From: Tubulanus polymorphus
Taxonomy: Eukaryota > Animalia > Nemertea
Direction of reading: 5' to 3'
Assembly (NCBI RefSeq): GCF_964204645.1
Contig: NC_134033.1
Span: forward strand, 9,060,655 to 9,124,654
DNA: 64,000 nucleotides
Shown here piece after piece: positions 27,201 through 38,192 of the stretch. The number at the start of each line of letters is the position of its first letter. Position 1 is the first letter of the stretch. The translations under genes and the position numbers were made by a program. The notes below the pieces were generated by a model, which saw only the letters and a program-made list of their open reading frames with translations, was not told the DNA's origin and ran no database searches.

Positions 27201-30200
27201 CCATAAACTTGTTTGTGAATCCCAGCCCAGCCTGCGCCATCCCGGCCATTGAATAGTAATGTGTGCTGCATACATACTACAGCGATGTGGGTCACTGGGG
27301 AAAGCCAGTACTAAATGCAGTGGAAAGCGCGCATCTCTTACTACGTATTTAATTCACGAAAATAGCTTCACTTGGCAGGATAAAAGGCTCTTAGATGATG
27401 ATAATAATAATAATAATAATAAATTGTCATTTATATAGCGCAAGGCTCCTTGAGAATATAAGTTCAAATGCGCTCCTCTAGAAACTATAAGTAGCTGGCA
27501 CGGAATAGAACGGTTTTGAGTGTTCGCTTGAATGATTCACAAGACAAAGACTTGTCAGGTATGTCCGCAAGAAGGTTATTCCACAGTCTGGGAGCATATG
27601 TGGAGAATGTTCTGCCATCATATGAAGACAAGCGGAAAATAGGAACAACCAGTCTCTCCTGATTGGCAGAACATAGAAGTCTGACAGGTACATAGACTTG
27701 TAATAATCCGGATAAGTATACGGAAGTCAGGTTATTCAATGCCTTGAACGTTAACAGAACGACTTTATACTGGATTCTTGCAGAAACAGGTAGCCAGTGT
27801 AGGTCCTGAAGAACTGGCGTGATATGGTCGAATTTGTGTGACCTAGATACCAAACGTGAAGCTGAATTCTGGAGAACTTGGAGTTTATGCGTTAAGTCTG
27901 CAGATAATCCAATTAACAAACTGTTGCAATAGTCGATGCGAGATAGGACTAGTGCCTGCTCAAGAGATTTAGTTGCTTCAGTACTAAGCTGGCTGCGCAC
28001 TCTGGCAATGTTGCGTAAATGGAAGTATCCTGTTTTGAGAACATAATTAACATGATGTTTCATGCTAAGTTGTGGGTCGACCAGCACACCGAGATTACGC
28101 ACTGGGTGAGCAGAGACTGGCACATTCAAAGATTTAATGCTAATAGCACGTATCCTGTCTGCTGTACCTATGAGGAGAATCTCTGTTTTTGTTGGGTTGG
28201 CCTTCAGGAAATTCTCACTGTACCACAAATTTATGGCCACTAGGCATGATTCAACTTTGGAGAACTGCAGCTGAACCGACACTGAATCACGAACAGAGGT
28301 AATAAGTCTGTACACCTGATTATCGTCAGCAAATCCAAGGCGGCGCATATCATGTGAATTTATAAGCTCACCAAGAGGCAGAATATACAATAGAAATAAC
28401 AGAGGCCCTAACACAGACCCCTGAGGCAAGCCATACTTCAACTTCACTGATGACGAGTGAACACCATTTACAACAACAATCTGACACCGCTCAGTCAGTT
28501 ATGATCTAAACCACTCAAGTACAAGACCGCTTACACCAAGGTAATTCCTCAAGCGCGATAAGAGTACCTCATGATCGACCGTATCGAATGCAGCGCTCAA
28601 GTTAAGTAAGACGAGTATTGCAACACCACCACTATCAACCATACAATGAATATCATTCTGAAGATGATAAAAACATAAGTTTTGTGTATCCAAGTTTATG
28701 TGTGCCGTAATATTTGCGAGAATCTTTCTCTAAAGTGTGAAGCTAGTTAACACATAGGCTGGGTGTTCTCGCTCTTACGATCCATCATCTTGGGGCCAAA
28801 TCTTTGGTTTCGGCCCTAAAATTTGTCGCTGCCTTTGTACAGTTCATAGCTACACACAGCCAAGGTATTCGAAAGATGGTAAAATTAGCGCGATATTCAA
28901 CGAAAATGAGTGTTGTATAATAACGCTTCTGAGTGTGCTGCAGGCGATGTGTTCTCAGAATGACGTCATCAACATCACTGCGCAAATGCGAGCGTCCTGT
29001 TGCTAGGGCATTTGCTATGGGCTTTTGCGAGTTTGGATAAAGATATTTTAATAAATTTTTCACGAGACTACCATAGATGCATACGGTGAATGTTTTATAC
29101 AAAAAAAATTAGATTTAAAATTTTTTTCAAAACCTCTTCATGACCCCTTTAACCTCATTTTTTGGAACTTTCATTAAATCAATGACTGTAAAAACAATGT
29201 GCTTTGGTTGGCGGTACACATACATGACACGATGCCAACACGCTAGTAACACTAGCTCTCTTTTTCCTCTGGAGCTAAAAATCAATTACTATCTTATTTT
29301 TCATACCATCAGGATCATGAATCAAGCAGCGCTTCAACATATGATATATCCCGATCTTCACTGTTCCATATGTGGCCTGTCGAAGAATTGCAGGAGGTAA
29401 CCTAAATAACAAAAAACATAAGTTTTAGAGAACAAATCAACCAGGAATTCATCTGTACCGATTTTGATGTGTCATCTTGGATAAACCACCACCCCGCATT
29501 ACTGCCTAATGGAATCTATCGATATATTGACTTGGAACTAGTCAAAAAAAGGAGTCTATCAGCTTATATAGCTCTGCTGTGTGATTTGAAAAAATGGAAG
29601 CTGCATACCTAGGGTGCCCCCTTTTGGCCAAATCCAAAAAGGGCTCTGTACTTTGTAGGTATTGGTCCATAGAACATTCATACCAAATTTCGACTTGAGC
29701 AATTTGAAGAAATAGAAACTCCACCCCCAGGGGTGCCCCCTGGTGGACGAATCAAAAAAATGGCTCTGTAACTTCATAGTCCGTGGTCCATAGCACATTC
29801 ACACCAAATTTGGAATTGATCTGATTAAAACTGTAGGACAAGTAGCGCTTTGAAGAAACAGAAACTCCACCCCAAGGGGGAAGAATCCAAAAAATGCTCT
29901 GTATCTTTATAGGCCTTGGTCCATAGAACATTGATACCAAATTTATCTGATTAAAACTGTAGGACTAGTAGCAATTACATTATGAACTCAAACCCCAGGG
30001 GCGCCCCCTGGGGGACGAATTCAAAAAATGGCTGGCTCTAACTTTATAGGCCTAGGTCCATAGAACATTCATACCAAATTTGGAATTGTTCCGATTAAAA
30101 CTGTAGGACTAGTAGCGGAGCTAATAAAAACCTCTATATACTGCCAAAATTCCAAAACACCAATGTGTGTGGCTTTGTGGGAGTTGACTGTATATGTATT

Positions 30201-33200
30201 AGGTCACAGGCACTCGCTGATGGTCTTGGGATACAGTTGCTGGGGTTTTTGATAGTGTATCTGTGTTTTGAGTGGTTATTCTGCAATAAATCCGAGAAAA
30301 AATGTCTTGGTACTGGTGATACGTTAAAAAAGATAATGGCCGCTGGCTCCACACACGGCGACCTCACAAAACACTAAAAAACTTTATTTTTCAATCTAAA
30401 ATTAAAACTTTTATTTCATATAATACTTACTAGTGATATGACAGTTATATATCCTATTATTCCATCCAATTGTGAGACACAATCAATTTGTGAAACGTCT
30501 TTAGTAATATATAAGAAAAGGTAGTAGACGAAGTGTGAGCGTATAGGAAAAACTTTACAGGCGTTGAGACGGCAACACTAGGTTAATGTTTTGTAATGCT
30601 GTAATGTTTTTCCTATACGCTCACGCTTCGTCAACTACCTTTTCTTTTATATCACTAAAGACGTTTCATAAATCAATAGTGTCTCACAAACGGATGGAAT
30701 AATAGGATATATAACTGTCATATCACTAGTAAGTGTCAAATAAAATAAAAGTTTTGATTTTAGATTGAAAAATGAGTTTTTTTCAGTATTTCAGGAGCCA
30801 GCGGCCATTATCTTTTTAAACGTATCAGTACCAAGACGGATTTTTCTCGGATTTATTGCAGAATAACGAGTGAAAACACAAATTCACTATCAAAAACCCC
30901 AGCAACTGTATCCCAAGCCCATCGGCGAGTGCCTGTGATTAGGTTCACACATTTGCGGCCAATTGTTATTCTAAAACGCAAATTGATCATAAGTTCTCAT
31001 ACAGGGTAGCCACTTTCCTCCCATTTTACAAATCAAAAATGAGTTTTCCGGATTTTATCACTTGAACAAACAAAATGAATCAGAGAAATACCGAATGAAT
31101 TCCGAGTGAATCAGAGAAATTTCTAGATCTAAAATGTTACAATTCATTCATATTGATTGAACCATGGACTGATATAGAAACACATCAATAGCATCATCCA
31201 AATTCCCTTGCAATATGTAGCATCTTATTCTATTCTGCAGTATGTTTTGGGCCCAGTTTCGCAAAGTATAATAAACTTTGATTATAATTAAAACTTAAAT
31301 CATAATTAAATATTTTCTAAATAATGATTAGTTAATAACGATTAAAATTTAGTTGCACGAAAGGGTTTAATTACAAAATTTTACCAGTGACTGTACCACG
31401 TAGTGTAGCTGTGGTATGAAAGTCACCAGTGACCCTGTATGACGTAAAGAACTGCTGGTTAATCTTTGTGAAGGTGAGTGATAAACACCACCAACTGAAA
31501 TAGCTTGGAACATATTGACAATATATTAAAGAATATTTTAAGAGCCTTTTATGAAGTTTCCCAGACATTCCTAAACAAACTAAAAAAATTCATAAAACTA
31601 AGGACTTATCTTGTTCTGGATAATTAGTGTTCTAATTTCCAGGAATTTAAGGACACTTGTAAACTCTGCGATCACCATTCAACCCAATATGATACTAAGT
31701 GATGTGAACTATTCCTTTAGCGCAGATAACCTAATTTATTGGATCTTTCATGAACTCAGTAACTGCTAAATTGTTGTGCTTTGGTTCACAGTAAACCCTA
31801 CGAAATGATACTTAAAACTCCTACAGAGCTAATGAAATGTGACCCTGGTGAAGTGGCTACATACCCTGAATATAAAGATCGAACTCCTTCATCACATGAG
31901 ATTCGTAGTAAAGCATGGAACATTCCACGATAACGAACCACAGATGTTACCCCAGTAGTCTGCCCTTGGAGCTGTAAACGTGTTTTCGTCAGATCAATCG
32001 GAAAAGTTGCTGTAAAAAATGCGATATGAACCTAAACTTAGAACCATAGAACTGACAATTAATACGAAGCCGACAGCTACTTCAACATTGTTTGAAAAAC
32101 TTCATGTTGCAATATTGAAATATTCCAAGATAATTAACAACTAGGGACACCATGGACACCATGCCCACTTGTAACTGGTTTCAAATGCTCAACAATTGAT
32201 TGTGATAACAAACTAGGCCTATGCCTAGGTACCAATATAATATGGAAATACTAAGTTATTCGACAATTGAACGCCCCCTGGTGACCATATGCAAAACCAA
32301 ATGACATCGAAACTCACCACAATCATAGAACATGTCATGAGCTACAACTTTGCAACTGATTGTGGTAACAAAATGTGCGTAGGTATCAAATGTTGGAAAA
32401 CATTTTTCCACCTACGAATGAATACTAATGACACCAAGATGGCCGCCAATTGCGTGATAAATGGCAGATCAAAAATACCTGTCTCAGGTATTAAATATAC
32501 CATTCCAAAGGATACCCATCACTAATTACAATGAAAAATGGCAACCTAGTAGGGAGCTACAGGACTCGGAATTTTGGGTACAAAAAAGATCATAGGACAG
32601 CTATCATAAGTCCAATCGACCAAATTTTTCTTATGCTGATGGGCCCTTGGGGGATTCAAATATATATGATAGATCAAGGTAATTGATCAAAGCATCTTCA
32701 GAATTTCCATCAAAAACTTCAAAAATGTGCAAAATGTGCTGATTTTGAGAAACGACAATGGCTGCCACTCAGCCATCTTGATTCTGACAGGGCCAGTTTT
32801 TGACGTGTCTAGGGTAGATACATGTGTAACCCAAATATCAAGACATTACACTGAAGCGTCTTTAAAACTTCCCAAAATAACTGGATTCCGTCCACGGATG
32901 GACGGACGGACGACGGACGAAGTGAACGCAATAGCCTGCTGGGACTCAAGTCCCAAGTGGGCTAAAAAGTATTCATTGAGTGACCATGAGAATTATAGGC
33001 CTAGAATTTTGGCATTAAATAATTTTGCCTATTCAGAACATGTGAATTCATTACATGATACGTCAAATCTAAGAAGATTTCACTAATGAATTAAATGCGC
33101 AGTTGCTAAATTACATATCTAAAAAAAATTATGAAAAGTTATTAAGTAAATGCACGTCAGTTACTTCAGTTGATAAGACAAATTTAAGAAGATTTCAAAT

Positions 33201-33517
33201 TTATAATACAAATAATTAAATCAAAGTAGAACCATTATTTGTTATCAAATGTTAAAATTGTAATTAAATGTTTTACCAAGTTTGTTTTCTGGTGTTATCA
33301 TGATATGAAATTAACTACATTACCAAGTTAGTAATCATAGACTGGGAAATCTTTTCCCTGGGATATTTTTTCGGGGACATATTTTCCAGGACATTATGGC
33401 TATGCCTAATATCCAATTTTTTTTCCTTAACTTACCGAATTCAGCAACGCATGAGGCAAAACCTCCAAATACAAATGGCCTCCAATCTTTCCAATTTTTG
33501 GGACCTTTTTTTTTCAT
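3346..33517 (-). CDS. SLC25A30: Mitochondrial carrier KMCP1/BMCP1(UCP5)-like gene; 9 coding exons visible, final exon not found (probably left of the window)
   Basis: Spliced translation [40 protein letters not shown]...[17 protein letters not shown]...[11 protein letters not shown]...[21 protein letters not shown]...[14 protein letters not shown]...[22 protein letters not shown]. It has three Px[DE]xx[KR] carrier signatures, and all junctions are GT-AG with compatible phases. Likely co-orthologous to vertebrate SLC25A30 and SLC25A14. Confidence 0.93.
3546..3653 (-). CDS. SLC25A30: SLC25A30/14-like exon, 108 nt
   Basis: tttag|[36 protein letters not shown]|gttcgt. Confidence 0.88.
4857..4969. 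ncRNA. Inverted pair of Penelope-type minimal hammerhead ribozyme motifs (+ copy ~4923-4962 has an intact core)
   Basis: cgc-CTGATGA-tggctaatagtctttagtc-GAAA-cgTT-gcg on +; the mirror copy on - has a CCGATGA/GAAACATT variant. Confidence 0.7.
6721..6781 (-). CDS. SLC25A30: SLC25A30/14-like exon, 61 nt
   Basis: ttcag|[20 protein letters not shown]|gtaatt. Confidence 0.92.
7963..8087 (-). CDS. SLC25A30: SLC25A30/14-like exon, 125 nt
   Basis: tctag|[41 protein letters not shown]|gtatgt. Confidence 0.93.
8236..9797 (+). mobile_element. Internally deleted DIRS-type retrotransposon relic (gag fragments)
   Basis: Broken gag-like ORFs (8389-9635) with ...[11 protein letters not shown]...LFGDDL...; the RT start [10 protein letters not shown] is cut off; 16-bp inverted pair ccagttaagagatcca (8258) / tggatctcttaactgg (9782); 54-bp tandem duplication at ~9632-9745. 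Confidence 0.65.
9957..10055 (-). CDS. SLC25A30: SLC25A30/14-like exon, 99 nt
   Basis: ttaag|[33 protein letters not shown]|gtaagt. Confidence 0.92.
11131..11228 (-). repeat. DIRS internal complementary region (ICR)
   Basis: 11131-11189 is the reverse complement of the terminus 10913-10971; 11190-11228 is a variant terminus (atttccgtcgagtactgtaccctttcctatgg), as expected for a circle-junction template. Confidence 0.85.
11486..12352 (-). CDS. DIRS tyrosine recombinase (outer element; N-terminus deleted)
   Basis: [18 protein letters not shown]...TFTSFYL catalytic motifs. Confidence 0.9.
   Translation of the reverse strand: MQVITIKGYRPAISHTLRASGWPNVTGDHRISQLVAGFSISRTRVPRIVLAWDLSVILKKLMEAPFDPLSAASFANLSKKTVFLLCLACLARRSEIHALSVRQGHIVIGPAKEFVLLRPALEFLAKNERPGSVGRQWRIEALKHRVEPGLPDRTSCPVQALCFYLDRSAPRRGSRERLFLPLLDHLKGDISRDTVAQWFSSLIKDILLKENLSSEGVVSHQVRSMATSCAAFSGAPLEEVCGAAFWNSPSTFTSFYLRDVSGQLGSLASLGPVVMAQGVRSFRSDPLA
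12650..13700 (-). pseudogene. Inner DIRS tyrosine recombinase (frameshifted)
   Basis: ORFs 13385-14071 and 12906-13385: YDSKW...TIKGYRSAI...[10 protein letters not shown]...CPVRAL; the C-terminal HQVR / WTSPSTF motifs lie in a shifted frame. Confidence 0.88.
13492..15649 (-). pseudogene. Inner DIRS pol: RT - RNase H - Dam-like methyltransferase (frameshift near 14720)
   Basis: [22 protein letters not shown] (RT); [24 protein letters not shown] (RNase H); VDLFATRFN...AYTFPP...VAPCWP (MT). Confidence 0.92.
17131..18348 (+). mobile_element. 5-prime truncated CR1-clade LINE
   Basis: QKKAVRLI...HNYNTRS...W RT C-terminus (17147-17563); AATAAA(ATT)n tail; 7-bp TSD tacgtct (17124-17130 / 18349-18355). 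Confidence 0.85.
18090..18218. repeat. (ATT)n microsatellite in the LINE 3-prime UTR
   Basis: Long imperfect tta run. Confidence 0.95.
23239..23324 (-). CDS. SLC25A30: SLC25A30/14-like exon, 86 nt
   Basis: tacag|[29 protein letters not shown]|gtaagt. Confidence 0.93.
24090..25030 (+). pseudogene. Gypsy/Ty3 pol relic (RT-RNase H)
   Basis: [13 protein letters not shown]...YDDIIV; [10 protein letters not shown]...SYCVSELE; 30-bp tandem duplication at 24181-24235. Confidence 0.75.
24482..24547. mobile_element. 66-bp Tc1/pogo-type mini-MITE
   Basis: cagtcaagccccgatataccg / cggtatatcaggggttgactg; TA TSD. Confidence 0.75.
25155..26173. mobile_element. hAT-like non-autonomous element
   Basis: TIR cagacatgccaga / tctggcatgtctg; aattag on both flanks (6-bp TSD); subterminal repeats tcaggga (left) and ccggga (right). 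Confidence 0.7.
26653..29148. mobile_element. Kolobok-like non-autonomous element containing an L2 insertion
   Basis: TIR aggggtcatgaagaggtttt / aaaacctcttcatgacccct; TTAA on both sides. Confidence 0.8.
27400..28661 (-). mobile_element. 5-prime truncated L2-clade LINE
   Basis: [42 protein letters not shown]; (tta)n tail; probable TSD agatgat. Confidence 0.9.
29307..29401 (-). CDS. SLC25A30: SLC25A30/14-like exon, 95 nt
   Basis: tttag|[31 protein letters not shown]|gtatg. Confidence 0.92.
29610..30128. repeat. ~120-130 bp degenerate tandem array (4 units), HINE-like core
   Basis: Repeated ...ggtccatagaacattcataccaaatttggaattg...ctgattaaaactgtaggactagtagc. Confidence 0.75.
30205..30937. mobile_element. 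Foldback MITE, P-superfamily-like, copy 1
   Basis: cacaggcactcgc...gcgagtgcctgtg; arms ~350 bp; 7-bp TSD attaggt. Confidence 0.85.
31865..32009 (-). CDS. SLC25A30: SLC25A30/14-like exon, 145 nt
   Basis: tacag|(A)[48 protein letters not shown]|gtatg. Confidence 0.93.
32139..32968. mobile_element. Helentron-associated (HINE)-like element, copy 1
   Basis: aactag start, core unit, (GGAC)n microsatellite, terminal stem-loop tgggact...agtccca, then A-run; homologous to 36087-37188. Confidence 0.7.
33436..33517 (-). CDS. SLC25A30: SLC25A30/14-like first coding exon (ATG at 33517; acceptor places the exon start at 33569)
   Basis: [27 protein letters not shown] then G|gtaag donor. Confidence 0.85.
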
Positions 33518-34429
33518 CACACTCAAGAAGGATAATTCACAGAGGAGGCAATGAAATGGGTAGGCGTATCTGCAAAATAATTCAGAAGCGATGAATCCAA
33601 GGAATATACAAACTTCATGCCAGAGCCACAGGAACTCCTACTCTGAACAGATTCCTATCGTTCATTAAAATCAGAAATTTGAAGTTGAATTTTATTTTGC
33701 CGTATTTCTGTTAAATTTCCTTTCCAAAACTGAAATACATTCATTTCGAGATTAAACTGGGATTGGAACTAAATACAATTTGTTGTGACATACTGGATTT
33801 TTGGGGTCCCTTTGATGTGTTTCAATGCCTTTTAGGGTTGAAACGTTACCAATGGCTGCATTTTTGTATCTCAGTAATCCTGAAGATGACCTTTAGGTTA
33901 TAGTCAAAATGTTGAATCAATACACTACTAGCTCAGAGAAAATTGAGAAAAGGTATTCAAATTCAAATAGTTTTTGCAGTTCATCAAGTAAGGTACAGTC
34001 AAACAGAAAATGGGATTCGTCCTCTAAAGTATTACAAGCAGTGCATATTCATAAGGTTAGAAAATGTGTTCACAGGTAAAATATAGGACATGACCCTAAA
34101 TTCAAATCAACTAGTGACAAGTCATCATCAAGTTTTATAATTATTCTCATACTGGCTAAAATTGGTCAGACCCTATAGGCCTATAACACATTTTGTATTT
34201 ATGGCGGACACGAAAGTGAAGGTGCTGGTCACGGAATATATGTTGTGTTCATTATGAAAAAGATTTGCTGTTTGTCATAAATTGCTGCGTCCAAATGCAG
34301 GATAAACCACAATCATCAAAAGTTTTCTTTATATAGGCCTATGATAGCCAAGGGCTCTTAAATTTATCCCTTAAATTTAAACAAATTGAAAGACATTTTA
34401 TATAGTATTGCATTAAGTTTGGTTTGCTT

Positions 34430-34860
34430 AAATCCAGATACTGATTTTACCCAAAAGTTAATCATCCTGCGTCTAACATCTATATATAGGCATAAAGGAT
34501 AACGTCCTCTGATAATACTGTTAAATTGCGAGAATATTTCGTCACTTTCATTAAAATTTTACAGAAGAAACAATGAATATTTTCTAATAAATCAATATGT
34601 TCATATCCCCAGATCTCACTACATGCCTATAGGAGCAACACACATATCAAATAAATTAAACATAATAGGCCTATCTATCGGGAGTTTGAAACGTCTGCCT
34701 TTTTGGACAATTGAAAAGATAGCTCTCATTGCTTTATCGTAAAAGTACTTTCTTGCCTCAGCAAAGTTACCATTCCAATTAAATTTTACTCCGTAATAAA
34801 CATAATCTTCAACTAGGCCTACCTCTAACTTTTGATCGTCAAACATAAATTTCGAAATCG
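34430..34860 (-). pseudogene. LINE RT C-terminal relic
   Basis: YVYYGVKFNWNG...KAMRAIF...LFDMCVAPI, followed by EIWGY after a frameshift. Confidence 0.65.
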
Positions 34861-35021
34861 GTTTATCCGGGCTTCACTTCATGCAAAAACTAGTAGGCCT
34901 ATCTCATATGCTCTCCTCTATATATAGGCCTACTAAAATATACCACTTGTACTCAAATGAATTCAATAATTTCCATGTTTGACTTTGAAAATGTGTTCTA
35001 TATTAATATTCTTGCAGCGCG

Positions 35022-35260
35022 TTCGATAACCTTCTCCGAGTAAGTCTGGATATACCCAGGGATCACCCGAGTGCGTACGATTTATCCGTCATGTGTCAGT
35101 GATAGTTTGGGCTTCCCCGGGGAAGTAACCTGCTCCGGGAGTCGCTCACTTTAAACATCCCTGGGGAAGCCCAAACTATCAAGTGACGGATAAATCAAAT
35201 GGGTCCGGGTGATCACCGGGTAGCGGGTAGACCCTGGCTTACTCGGAAAAGATAATCGAG
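35022..35260. repeat. Small foldback element (~240 bp)
   Basis: tccgagtaag/cttactcgga, gatttatccgtca/tgacggataaatc and gatagtttgggcttcccc/ggggaagcccaaactatc arms. Confidence 0.7.
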
Positions 35261-35668
35261 TAGGCCTACACTATTGATGATTTACATGGGAACCGGAGAA
35301 TTAATTGATTTAATTTGAATTTAATTTATTGCCACAATCAGGATTTTCAATGAGCTTACGGACTCAATTGATAAAATGTAGAAATTCAATATGTCAATAG
35401 ATATATCAAATTTTTTTGATAGATCTTAAGACAACAGCTTGGTACTATACTAGGTTAGGGTAAGTAGGCCCCATTTCAGGACTTGGGATAGGTTATATAT
35501 TATAGGTTATATATTGATTAGGCCCTATAAAAAGCTTACCACCAACGATTAGGTAACTAACTAAATTGGAATTAGAGCTACTGTCTGTCACACCTGCTCT
35601 CCGTGCGACGTTTTGGTCCGTAATTTTGTTAATAATCAATTGATCTGTGAATACTATCTATCAATTTG

Positions 35669-37302
35669 GGCGCTATTGCACTTTCATATCCCCCTCCCAA
35701 AAATTCTTATTTCTGTATAGGCCTATTATTAATCAGGGAGGTCTGTAGAGTCAAAATAAATTACTTTTGACCAAAAAAAAATTTTTTCCCACGTCAAAAT
35801 TCTGATAATTGGGGGCCGATTTCCTCGAATCAAACCGTCGAGTCAGCCATCGTTTTTGGGCATATAACTTTCCTTCATCAGAACATCTTTAAATCAATAG
35901 CTACACATGAAAATGATGCAAATGTACGTCATTTTCAGAGATGGTTATGTTTGAAAACATGGTTTTGGAAACTTTTAATATCATGACATTTCAGTGGAGG
36001 GTTAGAAACTTTGATTGACATCCAATATAGAGCCGTTGACGTCGCGAATCGGCAAATTTACCCAAAATATCAAAATTTTAATATAGAACTAGGGGTCCAG
36101 GGACACCATGCCCAATGCTCAACAATCCAACAATTTCAATATTCAACGCCCCCTGGTGACCATACAAAAACCAATGACCTTGAACCTCACCAGAATCATA
36201 GAACATGTCAGCAGCTACAATTTTGTAATTGATTGTGATAACAAAATATGTCTCGTTTTTACAATTTAACATGGAAATACTAAGTATTCTACTATTCAAC
36301 GCCCCCTGGTGACCATATTCAAAACCCAATGACCTTAAAACTCACCATTATCATAGAACATGTCATAAACTACAACTTTGCAATTGATCATGGTAACAGA
36401 ATATGCCTAGATACCAATCTAATAAGGAAATACTAAGTTATTCTACTATTCACCGCCCCCAGGTGACCATATAGAATAACTAATGTCCTTAAAACTCACC
36501 ACAATCATAGATGATGTCATGAGCTACAACTTTGCAATCAATTGTGGTAACAAAATATGCTTAGGTATCAATATAATGTGGAAAAACTTTGTCCCATCCA
36601 CCAATGAGTTCTGATGATACCAAGATGGCTGCCAATTGCGTCACAATTGACCGATCAAAAATACCTGGCTCAGGTATAAAACAACCCTTTCGAAAGAATA
36701 CCCTTCACAAATTGCAATGAGAAATGGCAAACTAGTAGGAAGCTACAGGACTCAGAATTTGGGCCAAAATTGACATTTTTGGGCATTAAAAAGGTCATAG
36801 GACGGCCATCTTGAGTCCGACTTACCCAATTTTTCTTATGGTGATGGGCCCTTGGGGGATTCAAATAGCCTACATATGAAAGATCAAGGTAAGTGATTTA
36901 AGCGTCTTCAAAATTTCCCTCAAAAAGTTCAAAAAGTGTAAAAAGTGCTGATTTTGACGAACAACAATGGCTGCCAGTCGGCCATCTTGATTCTGACAGG
37001 GCCAGTTTTTGGGTTGAAGTTGTGTCTAGGGTAGATACATGTAATAAACCAAATATCAAGACATTACCTTGAAGCATCGTCAAGCTTCCCAAAATAACTG
37101 GATTCCGTCTACGGACGGACGAACGCTCGAACGGACGAAAAGTGAAGGCAATAGCCCGCTGGGACTATAGTCCCAAGTGGGGTAAAAAGTAAGTTTTTTG
37201 GTCAAAAGTTACTCATTCAGAATCCCTAAACCTCCCTGTTAGCCTAATAAATATGTAGAAATTAAAATTTTTGGGAGGGGGATACGAAAGTGCAATAGCG
37301 CC
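35669..37302. mobile_element. Merlin-like MITE (GG...CC ends, 8-bp TSD)
   Basis: ggcgctattgcactttc / gaaagtgcaatagcgcc; TSD tcaatttg on both sides. Confidence 0.8.
36087..37188. mobile_element. HINE-like element, copy 2, with three ~153-bp tandem core units
   Basis: attcaacgccccctggtgaccata-type units at 36141, 36294 and 36448; GGAC repeats; terminal stem-loop plus A-run. Confidence 0.75.
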
Positions 37303-37606
37303 TCAATTTGTTCGGTAAGATATTTGCATTCAGAAATGAATTATGAATTGGCATAAATTAGTGTGTGTTTTCATCTATCGGCGATTGTTTACCTAGCACA
37401 CGCTCGCTTAATGCTGAAAAACAGCTTATGCGGCCCGTCATATGGCGCCACCCACTGATTTGTTACGCTAATGAGGTGATGACGTGAGTGTAACGTTTCC
37501 GAGTGTCCGCGGATCGGATTTTTAAGCATTACGCGAGCGTATGCCAAGTGAACTATCGCTCATAAATGAAAACAACAACTTCAGCAAAAATTGATGTTTA
37601 TTTCTG

Positions 37607-38192
37607 CACAGGCACTCGCCGATGGGCTTGGGATAGGTACAGTTGCTGGGGTTTTTGATAGTGTATCTATGTTTTGAGTGGTTATTCTGGAATAAATCCG
37701 AGAAAAAATGTCTTGGTACTGATGATACGTTTAAAAAGATAATGGCTGCTGGCTCCACGCACGGCGACCTCACAAAACACTAACAAACTTCGTTTTTCAA
37801 TCTAAAATTAAAACTTTTATTTTATATGATACTTACTAGTGATAGGACAGTTAGGCCCTAGGTCTATAGCCTATATCATTTATATTACTAAAGACGTTTC
37901 ATAAATCAATAGTGTCTCACAAATGGATGGAATAATAGGATATATAACTGTCATATCACTAGTAAGTGTCATATAAAATAAAAGTTTTGACTTTAGATTG
38001 AAAAACGAAGTTTGTTCAGTAGGCCTATTTTGTGAGGTCGCCGTGTGTGGAGCCAGCGGCCATTATCTTTTTAAACGTATCAGTACCAAGACGGATTTTT
38101 CTCGGATTTATTGCAGAATAACGAGTGAAAACATAAATACACTATCAAAAACCCCAGCAACTGTATCCCAAGCCCATCTGCGGGTGCCTGTG
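37607..38192. mobile_element. Foldback MITE, P-superfamily-like, copy 2 (centre deleted)
   Basis: Same TIRs as 30205-30937; 7-bp TSD atttctg. Confidence 0.85.

Noticed and set aside
29610-30128. CRISPR-like array
   Set aside because: Whole units are homologous tandem repeats without unique spacers; eukaryotic context, no cas genes.
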